Source of the DNA: a virus
Reading direction: 5' to 3' (one strand)
DNA: 64,000 bases
IMG/VR virus record: IMGVR_UViG_3300046323_000234
Shown: positions 1 to 10,982 of the stretch, one piece after another
How positions within the stretch are numbered: position 1 is the first letter of the stretch
Layout of the letters: each line of letters starts with the position of its first letter
Translations under genes and position numbers: made by a program
Notes under the pieces: model-generated
What the model saw: the letters and a program-made list of their open reading frames with translations, nothing else
What the model was told of the DNA's origin: nothing
Database searches by the model: none

Positions 1-1
1 T

Positions 2-682
2 AAATATTTTTTAGAAGATAGAGAATTATATACTAAAGTATTAGAACTTGGTATCTATACCACAAATACTGGTGACGTGGATAAATCGGGTGCATCCTTA
101 AAAATGTGGAGTGAATTTTTTCCAAATGCAGATATTTTTGGATTGGATATTGTTGATTATTCGTATTTGGATAAGATATATCCAAAAATAAAAACATTTA
201 TATGTAATGCTGAATTAAGAGTTGATAGTGATATTAATAAAATCACAAATCCTTGGCTTAAACAGATATACACACAACCACAATATGGTTTAACAGGTGG
301 TCAGATTGGAATGATAAATGCTATTAATAAATTTGGTGGTGATTATGATGTTATAATTGATGATGGGCCACATACTGTATCAAGTCAACAAATTTTTTTT
401 GGATTTATGTTTAAATATCTTAAATCTGGTGGATATTTGGTTATTGAAGACCTACATACAAGTTTTGCAACCCAAACCGATAATACTGGTCAATTACAAT
501 ATAATTCGTTTCCATTTACTGAATGGAATACTGTTAAAATGTTAAATCATTTTATTGAAACTGGAAAGATTGTATCTGATTTTATAACAGAAGAAGAAAA
601 AGAATATATAGAAAATAATACAGAATTTGCAAAGATGGAGCAAGGCAAGAATTCTCCGATTTGCTTTATTAAACATAAATAA
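2..682 (+). CDS. Class I SAM-dependent methyltransferase (sugar O-methyltransferase-like), 5'-truncated
   Basis: Frame is open from base 2 (KYFLEDRELYTKVLELGI); motifs VLELG, GLDI, IIDDGPH and GGYLVIED. Confidence 0.8.
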   Translation, partial: KYFLEDRELYTKVLELGIYTTNTGDVDKSGASLKMWSEFFPNADIFGLDIVDYSYLDKIYPKIKTFICNAELRVDSDINKITNPWLKQIYTQPQYGLTGGQIGMINAINKFGGDYDVIIDDGPHTVSSQQIFFGFMFKYLKSGGYLVIEDLHTSFATQTDNTGQLQYNSFPFTEWNTVKMLNHFIETGKIVSDFITEEEKEYIENNTEFAKMEQGKNSPICFIKHK

Positions 683-1480
683 ATGATTAATATAAACATG
701 GTAGGTGGTGGATTTCAGCATGATATATGTTCTTCCGCACATAATAAAAATAAATATGTAATTTGGTATAAAGATAATAGTGCAAATATATCAATCCATA
801 TAGATAATTCTATATTGGATGATATTGGATTAAATAAAAATAAAAAGAGATATGCTTGGATTGCAGAATCTAGCGCAATTAATGAAAAGGTAATTAATGA
901 TATTAAATCCAATCTAACAAAAGTTTTGGAGAATTATGAATTAATATTCACACATGATAAAAGATTATTATCATTGGATGATAAATTTAAATTCGCAATT
1001 CCAAATGCATTACCTTGGGTTAAGGATAGACGAATATTTAATAAAACCAAACGAGTATCAATGGTTGCTTCATCAAAAGTTATGTGTGAAGGACATAAAT
1101 ATAGACATACTTGGATTAGTAGATTAAAAGGCAAAGTAGATCATTATGGTTGGGGATTTAATACCTTACCAAGTAAAGATTATGCTATGAATGATTATAT
1201 GTTTTCAATAGCAATGGAAAATGATAATTATCCAGATATTTTTACTGAAAAAATAACAGATTGTTTTGCAACTGGTACTATTCCAGTATTTTGGGGAACA
1301 CCCGATATAGACAAAAGATTTAACATGGATGGTATTATATTATTAACTGAAGAGTTTAATATTAATACATTAACGGCAGAATTATACTTTTCAAAAAATG
1401 AAGCTATGTTAGATAATTTCGAAAGAACTAAATTATTGGAATCTGCTGAAGATTATATATATCTAAATTATTTAAAATAA
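683..1480 (+). CDS. GT10 (alpha-1,3-fucosyltransferase-like) glycosyltransferase
   Basis: GT10-type motif YMFSIAMEN...FTEKITDCFATGTIPVFWG. Confidence 0.75.
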   Translation: MININMVGGGFQHDICSSAHNKNKYVIWYKDNSANISIHIDNSILDDIGLNKNKKRYAWIAESSAINEKVINDIKSNLTKVLENYELIFTHDKRLLSLDDKFKFAIPNALPWVKDRRIFNKTKRVSMVASSKVMCEGHKYRHTWISRLKGKVDHYGWGFNTLPSKDYAMNDYMFSIAMENDNYPDIFTEKITDCFATGTIPVFWGTPDIDKRFNMDGIILLTEEFNINTLTAELYFSKNEAMLDNFERTKLLESAEDYIYLNYLK

Positions 1481-1482
1481 GA

Positions 1483-2577
1483 ATGGATTTCTTTTCAACA
1501 ACAATATCACCACAAGCAATAAATAATGTTAATCAAGTATTAACAACAACACATGTTTCTGCTGGAAAACAAGCCAAGAAATTTGAACAAGCCCTATTTG
1601 ATAAGTTTGGTTTTCCAAATCCAATAACGTTAAATAGTGGCACAGTTACGATGAGATTGGCATTGATTGCTGCTGGTGTTAAAGAAGGTGATGAGGTTAT
1701 ACTACCAGCACAAACATTTATTGCAACTGGACACGTTATATTGCAGTGTGGTGCTAAACCGATATTCGCTGACATTAATCTTGATGGAAATATATCTGTT
1801 GAATCAATCAAGGAAAAGATTACAGAGAGAACGAAAGCAATAATTCCAGTTCATTGGGGTGGATATCCTTGCGATATGGATGAAATAAAAAAACTAGCCA
1901 AGAAACATAATATAATTGTTATTGAAGATGCTGCACATGCAATTGGTGCGAAATATAAAAATCAATATATTGGAAGTATATCTGATTTTACATCATTTTC
2001 ATTTCAAGCAATAAAACATTTAACAACTGGTGATGGTGGTTTATTAACTTGTCAAAATCCAGAACATGCTAAACTAATCCGAAGACTTGCTTGGTTTGAT
2101 ATTGATAGAGAAGATTCGAAAGTTGGAATATTAGGAGAAAGAGAATATGATGCAACAAATATTGGATATAAATATCATATGAACGATATTGCAGCCTCTA
2201 TTGGATTGGGAAATCTTGAAGCATTAGATAATAAATTAAAAAGGATTAAAGATATTGCCAATATTTATAACAATGAATTAAAAAATGTTGGTGGAATTAG
2301 ATTAATGAATTATAAATCAGATCGAGAGTCATCATATTGGTTGTATCCAATATTTGTAGAAAATAGAATTGATTTTATTAATAAATTAAAACGAAATAAT
2401 ATACCAACATCGGTTGTACATTTGGGTATTGATAAAAATACAATATTTGGTGGAAAAGATTATTCATTGGTTAATCAAAGATATTTCGATGATAATCAAA
2501 TACATCTACCGATAAATGATTCATTGACTGATGATGATATAAATAATATAATTAAAACAATTAAACAAGGTTGGTAG
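1483..2577 (+). CDS. DegT/DnrJ/EryC1/StrS PLP-dependent sugar aminotransferase
   Basis: IEDAAHA; FSFQAIKHLTTGDGG retains the PLP lysine. Confidence 0.92.
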   Translation: MDFFSTTISPQAINNVNQVLTTTHVSAGKQAKKFEQALFDKFGFPNPITLNSGTVTMRLALIAAGVKEGDEVILPAQTFIATGHVILQCGAKPIFADINLDGNISVESIKEKITERTKAIIPVHWGGYPCDMDEIKKLAKKHNIIVIEDAAHAIGAKYKNQYIGSISDFTSFSFQAIKHLTTGDGGLLTCQNPEHAKLIRRLAWFDIDREDSKVGILGEREYDATNIGYKYHMNDIAASIGLGNLEALDNKLKRIKDIANIYNNELKNVGGIRLMNYKSDRESSYWLYPIFVENRIDFINKLKRNNIPTSVVHLGIDKNTIFGGKDYSLVNQRYFDDNQIHLPINDSLTDDDINNIIKTIKQGW

Positions 2578-2596
2578 TAGTCTATTTATATATAAT

Positions 2597-3970
2597 ATGA
2601 TAAAAACAATAATTTTCGATTTAGATGGTGTTTTAGCTGATCTAAAAGATTGTCACTATAATTCACTAAATAAAGCATTATCTGAAATAGATGATAAATT
2701 TATAATAACACAAGAGGAACATTTATCATTATATGATGGTCTGCCCACCAAAGATAAGTTAAAATTATTAACAATAAATAATGGTTTATTATTAAGTGAT
2801 TATGAATTCATTTCAGAAAGGAAACAGTATTATACTATAAATTATATTCAAAATAATATTAATATAGATAATAATTTAATAGAAGTATTATCCAATCTAA
2901 AAAAAGAAAATTATAAAATAATCGTTGCATCAAACTCAATAAAAAATACAATATACACATTTTTAGTTAAAGCTGATATTATACATTATATTGATGTGGT
3001 TTATTCAAATCAAGATGTAATATATTCAAAACCAAATTCAGAAATATATTTAAAAGCTATACAAAAATTTGGAAATACACCCCAAGAATGTTTAATTATT
3101 GAAGATTCACCACATGGTATAACTGCTGCATTGAATAGTGGTGCAAATGTTTTAAGAGTATCAAATCCAAATGGGTTAACATTAACTAAAATAATCAGTA
3201 AAATAGATGAAATTAATAATAATAAATTAAAAAATATGTGGGATGGTAGTGAATATAATATATTAATCCCAATGGCTGGTGCTGGAAGTAGATTTCAAAG
3301 GGCTGGATTTGATTTACCAAAACCATTAATAAATGTTAATGGTAAACCAATGATTCAATTGGTTGTTGAAAATTTAAATATAAAAGCTAATTTTATTTAT
3401 GTTGTACAAAAAGAACATTATAAAAAATATAATTTAGAGTATATTTTAAATTTATTAACACCAAACTGTAAAATTATACAGGTGGATAGTTTAACAGAGG
3501 GTGCTGCATGTACAACATTACTAGCAAAGGATTATATAAATAATGATAAACATTTAATAATTGCAAATTTGGATCAATTTATTGAATGGGATTCTAATTG
3601 GTTTTATTACAATTGTGAAAATAATAATATTGATGGTTCAATAGTAACGTTTCATGATAATAATCCTAAATGGAGTTATGCAAAGGTAGATGATCATACA
3701 AATAATGTTATAGAAGTTGCTGAAAAAAACCCAATAAGTAATAACGCCACAGTTGGTATTTACTACTATAAACATGGTTATGATTATGTAAAATATGCTG
3801 AACAAATGATAAATAAAAACATTAGAGTTAATAATGAATTTTATGTGTGTCCAATATATAATGAATTTATATTGGATAATAAAATAATAAAAACTTATAA
3901 CATAAAAAAAATGTGGGGAATTGGTATACCCGAAGATTTAAAATATTATTTAGAAAATTATAAAAATTAA
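2597..3970 (+). CDS. HAD phosphatase fused to nucleotidyltransferase
   Basis: N-terminal FDLDGV, KP and IEDS motifs; C-terminal IPMAGAGSRF, PKPLI and EVAEK motifs. Confidence 0.85.
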   Translation: MIKTIIFDLDGVLADLKDCHYNSLNKALSEIDDKFIITQEEHLSLYDGLPTKDKLKLLTINNGLLLSDYEFISERKQYYTINYIQNNINIDNNLIEVLSNLKKENYKIIVASNSIKNTIYTFLVKADIIHYIDVVYSNQDVIYSKPNSEIYLKAIQKFGNTPQECLIIEDSPHGITAALNSGANVLRVSNPNGLTLTKIISKIDEINNNKLKNMWDGSEYNILIPMAGAGSRFQRAGFDLPKPLINVNGKPMIQLVVENLNIKANFIYVVQKEHYKKYNLEYILNLLTPNCKIIQVDSLTEGAACTTLLAKDYINNDKHLIIANLDQFIEWDSNWFYYNCENNNIDGSIVTFHDNNPKWSYAKVDDHTNNVIEVAEKNPISNNATVGIYYYKHGYDYVKYAEQMINKNIRVNNEFYVCPIYNEFILDNKIIKTYNIKKMWGIGIPEDLKYYLENYKN

Positions 3971-3974
3971 AAAA

Positions 3975-4601
3975 ATGGTTGAAATAGAAACAAATAGTTA
4001 CAATACAAATTGGCAAATATGTAGAATAAAATTTATTCTGAATAAATATCCAGAGGAATTTTGGTCTGGAAAGACAGTTTTAGAATTAGGTTCATATAAT
4101 GGTGTTATTGGCAATCATTTTAGAAAGTTAGGTGCAAATGTTACATCTGTTGAGGGTAGAATTGAAAATGTGAATAATATAAAACAACAGTTTAATCAAT
4201 TAAATGTATTACAATCTAATTTAGATACAAATAAATGGGAATTTGGTAAATTTGATATAATAATTAATTTCGGATTAATATATCATTTAGAATATTATCA
4301 TAAAGAACACATTATTAACTGTATAAATAATGCTAATCTAATATTTATGGAAACTGTTGTATATGATTCAAACGATGATTTTTATTTTCGAAATGAAGAT
4401 GGATTAGATCAATCATTATCTGGACGTGGTGGAATACCAAGTAGAAAATATATTGAAAATATATTTAAAGAATATAATATAAATTATGAACTACACAACA
4501 ATATCGAATTAAATGCAGATGGACACGTATATGATTGGGTTGATGAAAATAATAATACCACAACTGGTGGTAATAGAAGATTTTGGATTTTAAATAAATG
4601 A
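3975..4601 (+). CDS. Class I SAM-dependent methyltransferase
   Basis: VLELGSYNG, VEGR, FDIIINFGLIYHL. Confidence 0.8.
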   Translation: MVEIETNSYNTNWQICRIKFILNKYPEEFWSGKTVLELGSYNGVIGNHFRKLGANVTSVEGRIENVNNIKQQFNQLNVLQSNLDTNKWEFGKFDIIINFGLIYHLEYYHKEHIINCINNANLIFMETVVYDSNDDFYFRNEDGLDQSLSGRGGIPSRKYIENIFKEYNINYELHNNIELNADGHVYDWVDENNNTTTGGNRRFWILNK

Positions 4602-5071
4602 TATTTATTTCGCATAGGGGTAATATAAATGGAATAAATAATATTGATGAAAATAAACCAGAATATATATTAAATACAATAAATAGTGGATATGATGTTG
4701 AGTTTGATTTATGGGTTATAAATAATAAATTAATGCTTGGTCATGATTTTGGTCAATATGAAATTAGTTTGGATTGGTTAAAAAGTATTAATACATATTC
4801 TTGGATACATTGTAAAAATTTGGATGCACTTTCATTATTATCTGAATATAATATGTTTAATTATTTTTTTCATAATACTGATGATTATATACTAACATCA
4901 AAGGGTTATATATGGGCATATCCAAATAAATTAACGAATAATAAATGTATATCAGTAATGCCTGAAATAAATAATACAAACACTAATAATGTATTTGGTA
5001 TTTGTAGTGATAATATATATTTTTACAAAAAAAAATATGAAAATAGCAATACTACTATCGGGATCAATTAG
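4598..5071 (+). CDS. Glycerophosphodiester phosphodiesterase-like protein
   Basis: SHRG, EN, DVEFD, LGHD, HCKN and GICSD motifs. Confidence 0.75.
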   Translation: MIFISHRGNINGINNIDENKPEYILNTINSGYDVEFDLWVINNKLMLGHDFGQYEISLDWLKSINTYSWIHCKNLDALSLLSEYNMFNYFFHNTDDYILTSKGYIWAYPNKLTNNKCISVMPEINNTNTNNVFGICSDNIYFYKKKYENSNTTIGIN

Positions 5072-5792
5072 ATGTTTAGAATATACATTTAATTATTTTC
5101 AAAATAATTTAATAAATAAATTAAAACAAGATGGGCATGAGCCACATATATTCATTAATACATATAATGATAAATATATGTTTAAAATAAGAAAATACAT
5201 AGAAGATTTTTCAAATGATATAAAAAATATAAAAATATTTGAAAATATAAATTATGATGATGAATTTATGAATATGATATCATCAAAAAGAATTGGTGGA
5301 CATTATAATAATTATAAACATTTTCTAGGACAGTTTAAAGGTATTGAAGATACAATTAAATTAATGATTGAATATGAAAAAAATAATTCATTTGAGTATG
5401 ATTTAGTAATTAAAATGAGACATGATATAATAAATTTAGTGCCAATTCAATTGCCTGATATAATAAAATTAAATACAATATATGTTTTACCATATGATAG
5501 ACAGAATGGATATAGTGATAAATTTTATTTCGGAGATAGAAGTTCAATGTGTAAATTATGTTTTTTTATAGAAAACTTAAAACAAAATATGTCTGATCAT
5601 GATTTTCTATCTGGTGAATATTTTTTAAAAAAAAGTATTGAATTAAATAATTTATCTGTGGAAGAGTTTTATAATCTAGTTTGTTTAGTTAGAGATTATG
5701 GTGACGAATTTCCACCATCAGAACGTGGTTGGTATAGTAATCAAATAATTGGTGGTATAACAATTGATAATTTAATTAAAACAGAGATTTAA
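5037..5792 (+). CDS. Glycan-biosynthesis associated protein (probable glycosyltransferase fold)
   Basis: MKIAILLSGSIR start, YDLVIKMRHD; start moved from 4989 to ATG 5037. Confidence 0.55.
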   Translation: MKIAILLSGSIRCLEYTFNYFQNNLINKLKQDGHEPHIFINTYNDKYMFKIRKYIEDFSNDIKNIKIFENINYDDEFMNMISSKRIGGHYNNYKHFLGQFKGIEDTIKLMIEYEKNNSFEYDLVIKMRHDIINLVPIQLPDIIKLNTIYVLPYDRQNGYSDKFYFGDRSSMCKLCFFIENLKQNMSDHDFLSGEYFLKKSIELNNLSVEEFYNLVCLVRDYGDEFPPSERGWYSNQIIGGITIDNLIKTEI

Positions 5793-6383
5793 ATGGACGA
5801 AAATATATTTTTTGATAGATCAAAACTAAAATACTGTGGTGAGAATGTTATAATTGGTAAGACAGTTAGAATAAGAAAGCCCGAAGAATGTAGTATTGGT
5901 GATAATACAATTATTGATGATTTTACATATATATCATGTCCAATCCAAATAGGCAAGAATTGTCATATATCATCAAATATAAATATATCAGGTGGTGCTG
6001 GTTATTTTGAAATGGATGATTATTCAACATTATCATCACATGTATCAATACATACATGTTCATCTGATTACATAAATTTATCATTGGATTTACCATCAGT
6101 ACCAGAAGAAATGAGAACTGGTGGAGAGATTGGATTGGTTAAGATTGGTAAATTTGTAACTGTTGGTTCACATTCTGTTATACTACCAAATGCAATATTG
6201 CAACATGGAACATCATTTGGTGCATTTTCATTAATTAAAGATATAGATTATAAACAATTTACATTATATATTGGAAATCCTGTTAGAATATATGCGACAA
6301 GAAATTATGATGATTTATTAAAAAATAATTTATTTTCGGAAGAATTTTTTGAAAATCTAAAAAATAATATTATATTGCGTTGA
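5793..6383 (+). CDS. Hexapeptide-repeat sugar O-acetyltransferase
   Basis: IGKTVRI, IGDNTII, IGKNCHI repeats; YIGNPVR. Confidence 0.85.
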   Translation: MDENIFFDRSKLKYCGENVIIGKTVRIRKPEECSIGDNTIIDDFTYISCPIQIGKNCHISSNINISGGAGYFEMDDYSTLSSHVSIHTCSSDYINLSLDLPSVPEEMRTGGEIGLVKIGKFVTVGSHSVILPNAILQHGTSFGAFSLIKDIDYKQFTLYIGNPVRIYATRNYDDLLKNNLFSEEFFENLKNNIILR

Positions 6384-6384
6384 G

Positions 6385-7245
6385 ATGAAAATACTTTATA
6401 ATTTTGCACATAACAGATTTATAAATGCACAAGAAAAATGTGCAGTAACTGCTGTTAGTGTCGGTGGTTTTGATAAAACATATAAATATAGAATGTCTGA
6501 TATTGATGCAACATTTTATAATAAAAATAGACATATCTTAGATCAACCTAGAGGTGGTGGATATTGGCTTTGGAAATATTATTTTGCAGTTAAATTATTA
6601 AATGATATTAATATTCCAGAAGATAGTTATATTTTTTATTGTGATAGTGGTGCTCATTTTGTTGAAAACATTGATAAAATGATTGAGGTTATGGAAAAGC
6701 ATAATGAAAGTATTATGACATTCAGACAAACCCATTCAGCATATGTTTGGACAAAAAGAGATACATTTATATTAATGAATGCTGATGAACCTAAATATAC
6801 ACAAACTGGACAAAGAGTTGGTGGATTTTTCTTATTTAAGAAAAATAATTTATCAAGAAAATTCTTTAAAGAATGTTTGGAATATGGTGAAGATTATAGA
6901 ATTATAACTGATGCACCAAACCAATTAGGTGTTCCAAATTATGCTGGATTTAGAGATCATAGGCATGATGAATCATTAATATCCATTATGGCAAAGAAAT
7001 ATGATTTATTTCCATATAGAAACCCATGTCAGTTTGGATTTGAAAACGATGTAAATTATACAAATAATAGATACGATCAAGAGGGATATAATTTAATGAT
7101 TGAGAAATTTGGGCCAATGAGTGATTGGATAAATAAATATGGATGTTATTTTCATGGTGAATCAATTAAACAATATCCAGAAATTAACGTGGATGATAGG
7201 TCAACCTATCCCACTATTATAGATTTAACTAGGGATGGAAGATAA
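6385..7245 (+). CDS. Putative glycosyltransferase
   Basis: RGGGYWLWK, YCDSG and HRHDESLIS motifs; cluster context. Confidence 0.6.
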   Translation: MKILYNFAHNRFINAQEKCAVTAVSVGGFDKTYKYRMSDIDATFYNKNRHILDQPRGGGYWLWKYYFAVKLLNDINIPEDSYIFYCDSGAHFVENIDKMIEVMEKHNESIMTFRQTHSAYVWTKRDTFILMNADEPKYTQTGQRVGGFFLFKKNNLSRKFFKECLEYGEDYRIITDAPNQLGVPNYAGFRDHRHDESLISIMAKKYDLFPYRNPCQFGFENDVNYTNNRYDQEGYNLMIEKFGPMSDWINKYGCYFHGESIKQYPEINVDDRSTYPTIIDLTRDGR

Positions 7246-8173
7246 AAAGAAAATATTAGTATTAGGTGGTAATGGATTTATGGGCATGAATATCCAATCC
7301 TATACAAAAAGAGATGATTCAATATTTTATTTTAAGAGTAGAAGAAATGGTATTGACTTACTGTTTCAGGATGGATTATTTAATTTTATTCAAGCGAATA
7401 ATATTGATATTATAATCAATTGTGCAGCAGTAGTTGGAAGTGTACATTTTGTTTCTTCAAATAAAGAAAAAATTATTCACGACAATACTCAAATATATTT
7501 GAATCTATATGATGTAGTAAAAAAATATACTGACGTATATAAAAGAAAGATTAAGATTATAAATCCAATATCTAACTGTTCATATCCTGGGGATACGAAG
7601 ACACAAATTGAAAGTGAATGGTGGAACGGTAAACCACATGATTCAGTATTTTCATATGCTATGTCAAAAAAGACATTGATTGGACTTGCAGAAACTTATG
7701 AGGGTGAATATATAACATCACATAATTTTATTATGCCGAATGCTTTTGGTGTGTTTGATTATACCGATCCAAATAGAGTACATGCATTAAATGGCCTGAT
7801 TATACGCATGATACAAGCACAAAAAGCTGGTGATAAGCAGTTCACCATCTGGGGTAGTGGAGAGCCTATTAGAGAGTGGATTTTCATGGAAGATGTGGCT
7901 AAGTTCATCAATATATTAATTGATGAAGATAAAAAACATCAGATGTTTAATTTGGGTCAAAATAAAGGATATTCAATACTTGAATCAGCCGAACTAATAA
8001 AAAAACATCTTGACTATGATGTTGAATTTGTTTTTGATAGAACCAAAATAGATGGTGATAAAATAAAAATAATGAATAATGATAAGACCAAAGAATTATA
8101 TCCAGATTTGGTATTTACTAAATATGATGATGGAATAAAAAAAACAATTGACTATTATCTAAGAATTTTATAA
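7235..8173 (+). CDS. GDP-L-fucose synthase-like NAD(P)-dependent epimerase/reductase
   Basis: GGNGFMG, YAMSK, IWGSGEPIREW. Confidence 0.8.
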   Translation: MEDKKKILVLGGNGFMGMNIQSYTKRDDSIFYFKSRRNGIDLLFQDGLFNFIQANNIDIIINCAAVVGSVHFVSSNKEKIIHDNTQIYLNLYDVVKKYTDVYKRKIKIINPISNCSYPGDTKTQIESEWWNGKPHDSVFSYAMSKKTLIGLAETYEGEYITSHNFIMPNAFGVFDYTDPNRVHALNGLIIRMIQAQKAGDKQFTIWGSGEPIREWIFMEDVAKFINILIDEDKKHQMFNLGQNKGYSILESAELIKKHLDYDVEFVFDRTKIDGDKIKIMNNDKTKELYPDLVFTKYDDGIKKTIDYYLRIL

Positions 8174-8174
8174 T

Positions 8175-8846
8175 ATGGATTTAACTTTAATACTCTGCAT
8201 TCACAGCAAAACAAAACTACATGATGATTTATTCATCAGATGTTTAACTGCATTAAGTAATCAAACAAAAAAAGATTTTATATTATTGATTAATTTCGAT
8301 GATTGTCATCCATCAACATTCGAATTGTTTAAAGACAAGATTCAAAACAATGAATTACAGTTCACCAATTATCAAGTTGTAATTTCAAATGAAAAGGCAA
8401 TTGGACATGCAAATGCAAAAAATAAACTTATACCACATATAACAACAAAATATACTGCGTTTCAAGATGCTGATGATTTTTCAGACGTTTTTAGATTGGA
8501 GAAACAATATAATTTTATGTTGGAAAATCAAGATGTTGATTTATTGGGTTGTTTAGGATATAATTTTGTTGATAATAATCTTGATGTATTAAATGAGGTA
8601 TATCCAACAAATAAATATACAACCGATAGCGACATTAAAAATATTATCCATAGAGAAAATTGTATAATTAATGGATCTGTTATGTTAAAAACAGATGTAT
8701 TACATAAATTAAATGGTTATAATATTAATCTAAAATATGGTGAAGATTGGGATTTTTGGCGCAGAGGGGCATATTTGGGACTTAAATTTCATATTTTGCA
8801 AGAAAGATTATATTATTATAGTATTGGCACAACAACAAGTTTTTAA
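8175..8846 (+). CDS. GT2 glycosyltransferase
   Basis: FQDADD (DxD), RLEKQ, EDWDFWRR. Confidence 0.85.
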   Translation: MDLTLILCIHSKTKLHDDLFIRCLTALSNQTKKDFILLINFDDCHPSTFELFKDKIQNNELQFTNYQVVISNEKAIGHANAKNKLIPHITTKYTAFQDADDFSDVFRLEKQYNFMLENQDVDLLGCLGYNFVDNNLDVLNEVYPTNKYTTDSDIKNIIHRENCIINGSVMLKTDVLHKLNGYNINLKYGEDWDFWRRGAYLGLKFHILQERLYYYSIGTTTSF

Positions 8847-8857
8847 ATATTAATAAA

Positions 8858-9778
8858 TTGAAAGAGAAAATAGTAGTAACAGGTGGTAGTGGTTTGATTG
8901 GTAAAGAATTACAAAAAATTGTAGGTAATAAAGATATTTTTTATTTTTTGTCTTCAAAGGATTATAATTTAACCAAAGAATTGGATGTTATTAAATTATA
9001 TTATGAATTAAAACCAACAAAGGTTATTCATTTGGCAGCCAGAGTTGGTGGTATATTGGATAATATGAATAATCAAACATTATATTTTAATGATAATATT
9101 TTGATGAATACATTGCTTGTTAAATATGCACATTTACATAATGTTAAATATTTCTTGGGCATAGCATCAACATGTGCATATCCAGATAAGGTAGAATCAT
9201 ATCCAATGGTTGAATCTGATTTCTTCAATGGAACACCAACCCAAACCAATTTCGCTTATGCATATGCTAAGAGATGTCAAGCTATTCAGATTGAAGCGTA
9301 TAGAGAGCAATTTGGTGTAAACTATGGATACATCATTCCAACAAATCTATATGGTATTGGTGATAAAAATGATGTAAATAAAAGTCATTTTGTAACAGCA
9401 TTAGTAAAGAAAATAATTGATGCCAAAAGAAATAATCAAGATGAAATAACATTGTTTGGTGATGGAACACCAATTAGACAATTTCTATTTGCTGAAGATT
9501 TGGCAAAAATTATATTGCATTATGTAAATAACGATATAACCGAAAGTGTAAATATTTGTAATGATGAAACATATACAATAGATCAAATAGCGAGAATAGC
9601 ATTGTTGGCAACTGATAGCTCCAACATAAAAATAAAATACGACAATACCAAACCAAACGGACAGTATAGAAAAGATGTAAGTAATCAAAAATTTAAAAAT
9701 CTATATCCAGATTTTAAATTTACATCACTATATGATGGTATTGAAAAAACATTTACTGAAGAATGCAAAAACCTATAA
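8858..9778 (+). CDS. GDP-fucose synthase / ColC-like reductase
   Basis: TGGSGLIG, HLAARVGG, STCAYP, YAYAK, PTNLYG, GDGTPIRQF; TTG start. Confidence 0.88.
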   Translation: MKEKIVVTGGSGLIGKELQKIVGNKDIFYFLSSKDYNLTKELDVIKLYYELKPTKVIHLAARVGGILDNMNNQTLYFNDNILMNTLLVKYAHLHNVKYFLGIASTCAYPDKVESYPMVESDFFNGTPTQTNFAYAYAKRCQAIQIEAYREQFGVNYGYIIPTNLYGIGDKNDVNKSHFVTALVKKIIDAKRNNQDEITLFGDGTPIRQFLFAEDLAKIILHYVNNDITESVNICNDETYTIDQIARIALLATDSSNIKIKYDNTKPNGQYRKDVSNQKFKNLYPDFKFTSLYDGIEKTFTEECKNL

Positions 9779-10920
9779 AACTAGTATCCGATACAATTAA
9801 TAGAGATGATATAAACAAATTAATAGATTGGTTAAGTCAAGATCCTATACCAAAACTAAGTAAGGGTATTATAACAATTGAATTTGAAAAAAAGTTTTCA
9901 GATTATATTGGAACAAAATATTCTGTATTTGTAAATTCTGGTTCATCTGCTATATTAATGATGCTTTACGCATTATTAACAAAAAATAGACTAAAAAATA
10001 AAAAGGTAGTAGTTCCAAATATATCTTGGGTAACCGATGTAACTCATCCAATCCATATAGGATTAACACCACTATTATGTGATTGTAATTTAACTGATTT
10101 ATCTGTTGATTTAAATCACTTGGAAGAGTTATTTAAAACTGAACAACCATCAGCATTATTATTGGTATCAGTGTTGGGATTAACACCTGATATGGATAAA
10201 ATTGTTGAATTGTGTAATAAATATGGTGTTATATTATTGGAAGATTTTTGTGAAAGTTTAGGTAGTGAATACAACAATAAAAAAATAGGTACATTTGGAT
10301 TGATGTCTTGCACCTCTACATATTATGGTCATACAATGGCCACAATTGAGGGTGGAATAATATTTACAGATGATTATGAACTGTATAACCAACTTAAAAT
10401 GATTAGGTCACATGGTTGGGATAGAGACTTGGATAAACAAGCCCAAGATGATTTAAGATCGGAATGGAATGTTGATGATTTTAAATCATTATACACCTTC
10501 TATACCACTGGATTTAACCTTAGATCAACTGATTTACAAGCATTTATAGGTATATCACAACTGGATAAATTGGATTCTTTCATTAAAAAAAGAAACAAAA
10601 ACTTTCTATTGTATAATAATTTAATTAAAAATAATGAGATTAAAATTGACATCAGCCAATATATCTCTAATTTTGCATATCCAATAATCAATCCAAACAG
10701 AAAAGCAATTGTTAAAGATTTAATGGATAATAATATTGAAGTTAGGCCATTAATATCTGGCTCTATGGGCAAGCAACCTTTTTGGATTGAATTATATGGT
10801 GAAGAAAGATTTTTTAATTCAGATAAAGTGGATGAATTTGGTTTTTATGTACCAAATCATCAGGATTTAAATGAAGAAGACATTATTAGGATTTGTGAAA
10901 TAATTAATAAAAATATTTAA
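9763..10920 (+). CDS. ColD-like PLP-dependent GDP-4-keto-6-deoxy-mannose 3-dehydratase (DegT fold)
   Basis: EDFCES; STYYGHTMATIEGG has His at the position of the usual PLP lysine; RSHGW. Confidence 0.75.
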   Translation: MQKPIKLVSDTINRDDINKLIDWLSQDPIPKLSKGIITIEFEKKFSDYIGTKYSVFVNSGSSAILMMLYALLTKNRLKNKKVVVPNISWVTDVTHPIHIGLTPLLCDCNLTDLSVDLNHLEELFKTEQPSALLLVSVLGLTPDMDKIVELCNKYGVILLEDFCESLGSEYNNKKIGTFGLMSCTSTYYGHTMATIEGGIIFTDDYELYNQLKMIRSHGWDRDLDKQAQDDLRSEWNVDDFKSLYTFYTTGFNLRSTDLQAFIGISQLDKLDSFIKKRNKNFLLYNNLIKNNEIKIDISQYISNFAYPIINPNRKAIVKDLMDNNIEVRPLISGSMGKQPFWIELYGEERFFNSDKVDEFGFYVPNHQDLNEEDIIRICEIINKNI

Positions 10921-10982
10921 CATTTATTTTGTTTTTTTTTTTTGACTTTTCGATAATCTTTACATATTTATGTTAAAAGATT

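Noticed and set aside
1-10920. Bacterial O-antigen or capsule locus
   Set aside because: No flippase, polymerase or export genes; composition and the late motif are continuous with the phage genes
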